64,000 nt of DNA from assembly GCF_036365525.1 (NCBI RefSeq), contig NC_090379.1:55181805-55245804 (forward strand). The letters are read 5' to 3'. Origin of the DNA: Heterodontus francisci. Lineage: Eukaryota. Shown here in pieces: positions 61,775 through 64,000 of this stretch; position 1 is the first letter of the stretch; each line of letters starts with the position of its first letter. The translations under genes were made by a program, and so were the position numbers. The notes beneath the pieces are model-generated. The model was not told the origin of the DNA, ran no database searches, and saw only the letters and a list, made by a program, of their open reading frames with translations.

Positions 61775-64000
61775 GCTCAGTTCACAGGACATAACTGCAA
61801 TGCTGAAAGAAGTTCAATGACCTCACAAAAATTGTGAAGTTAAGAGACTCATTTCTTACTCTCTACTCACATCTTCACCATCTCTGGACTCTCGACTCAC
61901 AATATTTACCTCCCCACTTTCCTTCACTCTCCCACCTCACTCCACCTCCTTCTCCTCATACAGACACAGTTACCACTATTGCAATCCTCACTCATTTCCC
62001 CACACCTCACATCTTACACACTGCATACCAAACTATTCTACAATGACAGGCGCATTATCTAAACATCTCACAAGGATGTCACTAACACACTCTCTTTCTC
62101 ACAAGACAGGGTCATGTGCAAATTGCTCCAGCAAGCTGCCACTGAAGGAGTCCAAGCTTGCCTGCAGATCCTGCTCCCTGCAGAAGAAAACATGCTGGCC
62201 ATCATGGGAAGGAGAGCCAGGGCCGTGGCAATGCTGGAGGAGACATCATCTAGGGTTTCTTTACACTGTATATTCTTACCCTATACACGTTGCATGACAA
62301 ACTTCATGTGCTTTCATCAGCCACTTCTTTCTCTGCTTTCCCTTCAACCCAAAAGCTAACTCTTTCCCTTCAGATGCTGAAGATTTGGAGATATCGCTAC
62401 TTCTTCAGGAAGAGGAGCACAGCCTTCCTGAAGATGCAGCATCATTTCATCTGACCCTAGCAAGCACCAGCTCAGAGGCTGGCACTACGCGTACTTTACA
62501 GGCTAGGCTAGAAGAGGGGTCATCACATCATGAATTAAAGGGCACAAGTATGCAGGAGCTAGGGCAGGGGAATAGGGCGGGAAGGAAGTCAGCTCACCAG
62601 AGGGTGAAATCGCATACTAGCTCTGCAACAGAGGACTTAGATGTTCACTTCAAAGGCCCAATCTATTCAAGAAGGCTGATGGGCATACCAGATGCATTAG
62701 GTTGCCTACCGGTGAACTTACAAGCAATAGTCCTGAACATGGAGCATTCCAGCTCCAAATTGTGCTGAGACTTCATGTAGATCATGGAATCCAGTCTGTC
62801 TAACAAAGAGTGGTCAGTTCCATAAACACAACTGAATGCCCACCATGATGAAGGCTCTGCTAATAGTTCTGACAGATTCCGAGGCAGCTCACCCTGCTTC
62901 CATGGAATTTCAGACAGCTACCATCTTGGCTCAGGGATCCAGTATTCCTCAGTATCACATCATTCCTGTACTCTATCCTCAGGCAGAGCCACAGGAATGT
63001 TGAATCACAATATCAAGAAAGTGGCCTTGGCTCTATGGGAGAAGCACCTATTGTCCTCTCTCAGAATGACAGCTTGCCTGTTCTTCCGCCATCTACTCTG
63101 CTCATTCTCTTGTTAATGCCACACAGTAAGCTGGGCCAGACTGCCCGGACTCACACCAAGATGCTGCTGGGCCCTCAAGGCCCAGAGCTGCTCAAGGTTA
63201 CCCACCATTGCCATGTGAGGTGTCCTCAATGAAAACCCAGCAGCTTTCCACCTCCCACTGAGGAAACACTTAGTAGGAGCACTAGGATAGGTAAACAACA
63301 GGCTCAATGGTGTTACACAAGAGTCATTTTTAATTACTTCTGTTAAGTGTTAGATTGATGGAATTGAGTGGTTGGATAATTTGTTTTTTGTTCTGAATTT
63401 GGCGTTGGTCTTTATATTTGGAGTGAATGAGGGCAAAATTCATAAACCTGGACTGAAGGAAGGCAATTGGATGGTGGTACAGATTGTAGGGCTGTTGGTG
63501 CGGATTGTAGGACTGTTGGTGTATTGAGGATGGAATGAATGGTTTAGGTGAAGCGCTTTTAGATGCACTACTCTCTGAGGGCTCAAGCAGCAAAGGACAC
63601 TGGTGATCGATGTTGCTCCTGCTCTTCCTCCTTTTCTTGTTACACTTCCTTCATTTCTTGCTGCACAACTCTGGTCCATTAGTGTGGCAAAGTTATACAG
63701 CATGTTGAAGATGACCACAAATCTGGATACACGGTCAGGTTTGTACTGCAAATTCTTGCAAATGGTCCAGGCAGTGAAAATGTCTACTGTTGATTGACTG
63801 CTTAATGATGCTTCTGGTGGCAGCCTGTCTGTCATTGTGAGCCAGTACTGCAGCTGTGCCCAGGTTCCTGAATCCAGGAATCATGAGCAAAGTCCAAAGG
63901 GGATAACGCATGTTGCCCACTAGTCAGCCTGCAACCTGATGGCCTGGTTGGCATAATGGCATCACAGAGGGTTGGTGCAGAATTAATCCTAACTGCTGCC
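61775..64000. mobile_element. Decayed Harbinger: Myb/SANT gene remnant (+) convergent with transposase C-terminus (-)
   Basis: QC*KKFNDLTKIVK at about 61797; minus strand GNMRYPL..LM.P, ATRSII, LQYKPDRVSRFVV..LYNFA. Confidence 0.75.

Noticed and set aside
1-64000. Prokaryotic defence, retron or DGR system built around the reverse transcriptases
   Set aside because: All RTs are vertebrate CR1, RTE, Penelope or Gypsy types; no operon structure

Overview
This is eukaryotic, transposon-saturated DNA, not prokaryotic. The repeat content (HER1-like CR1 LINEs, HE1/V-SINE, Deu-SINEs, RTE, L2, Penelope, Harbinger, Gypsy, hAT) points to a cartilaginous fish such as a shark. It is probably intronic or intergenic: I see no recognisable host gene, only a few weak + strand exon candidates. 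The only long intact ORFs are two young CR1 ORF2s. Most interesting observations: (1) six Penelope insertions built as two outward-facing arms carrying minimal hammerhead ribozymes, four flanked by 14-18 bp target-site duplications and one forming a ~1.08 kb near-perfect palindrome; (2) a canonical -1 frameshift slippery site (U UUA AAC) joining CR1 ORF1 to an ORF2 with no ATG before its endonuclease, followed by a G-quadruplex-like element; (3) a CR1-clade LINE carrying a tRNA-derived SINE head in place of ORF1, with SINE copies that look like its internal-deletion derivatives; (4) deep transposon nesting and a templated inverted insertion. Boundaries of decayed elements are approximate. Family names come from motif recognition, not database searches.
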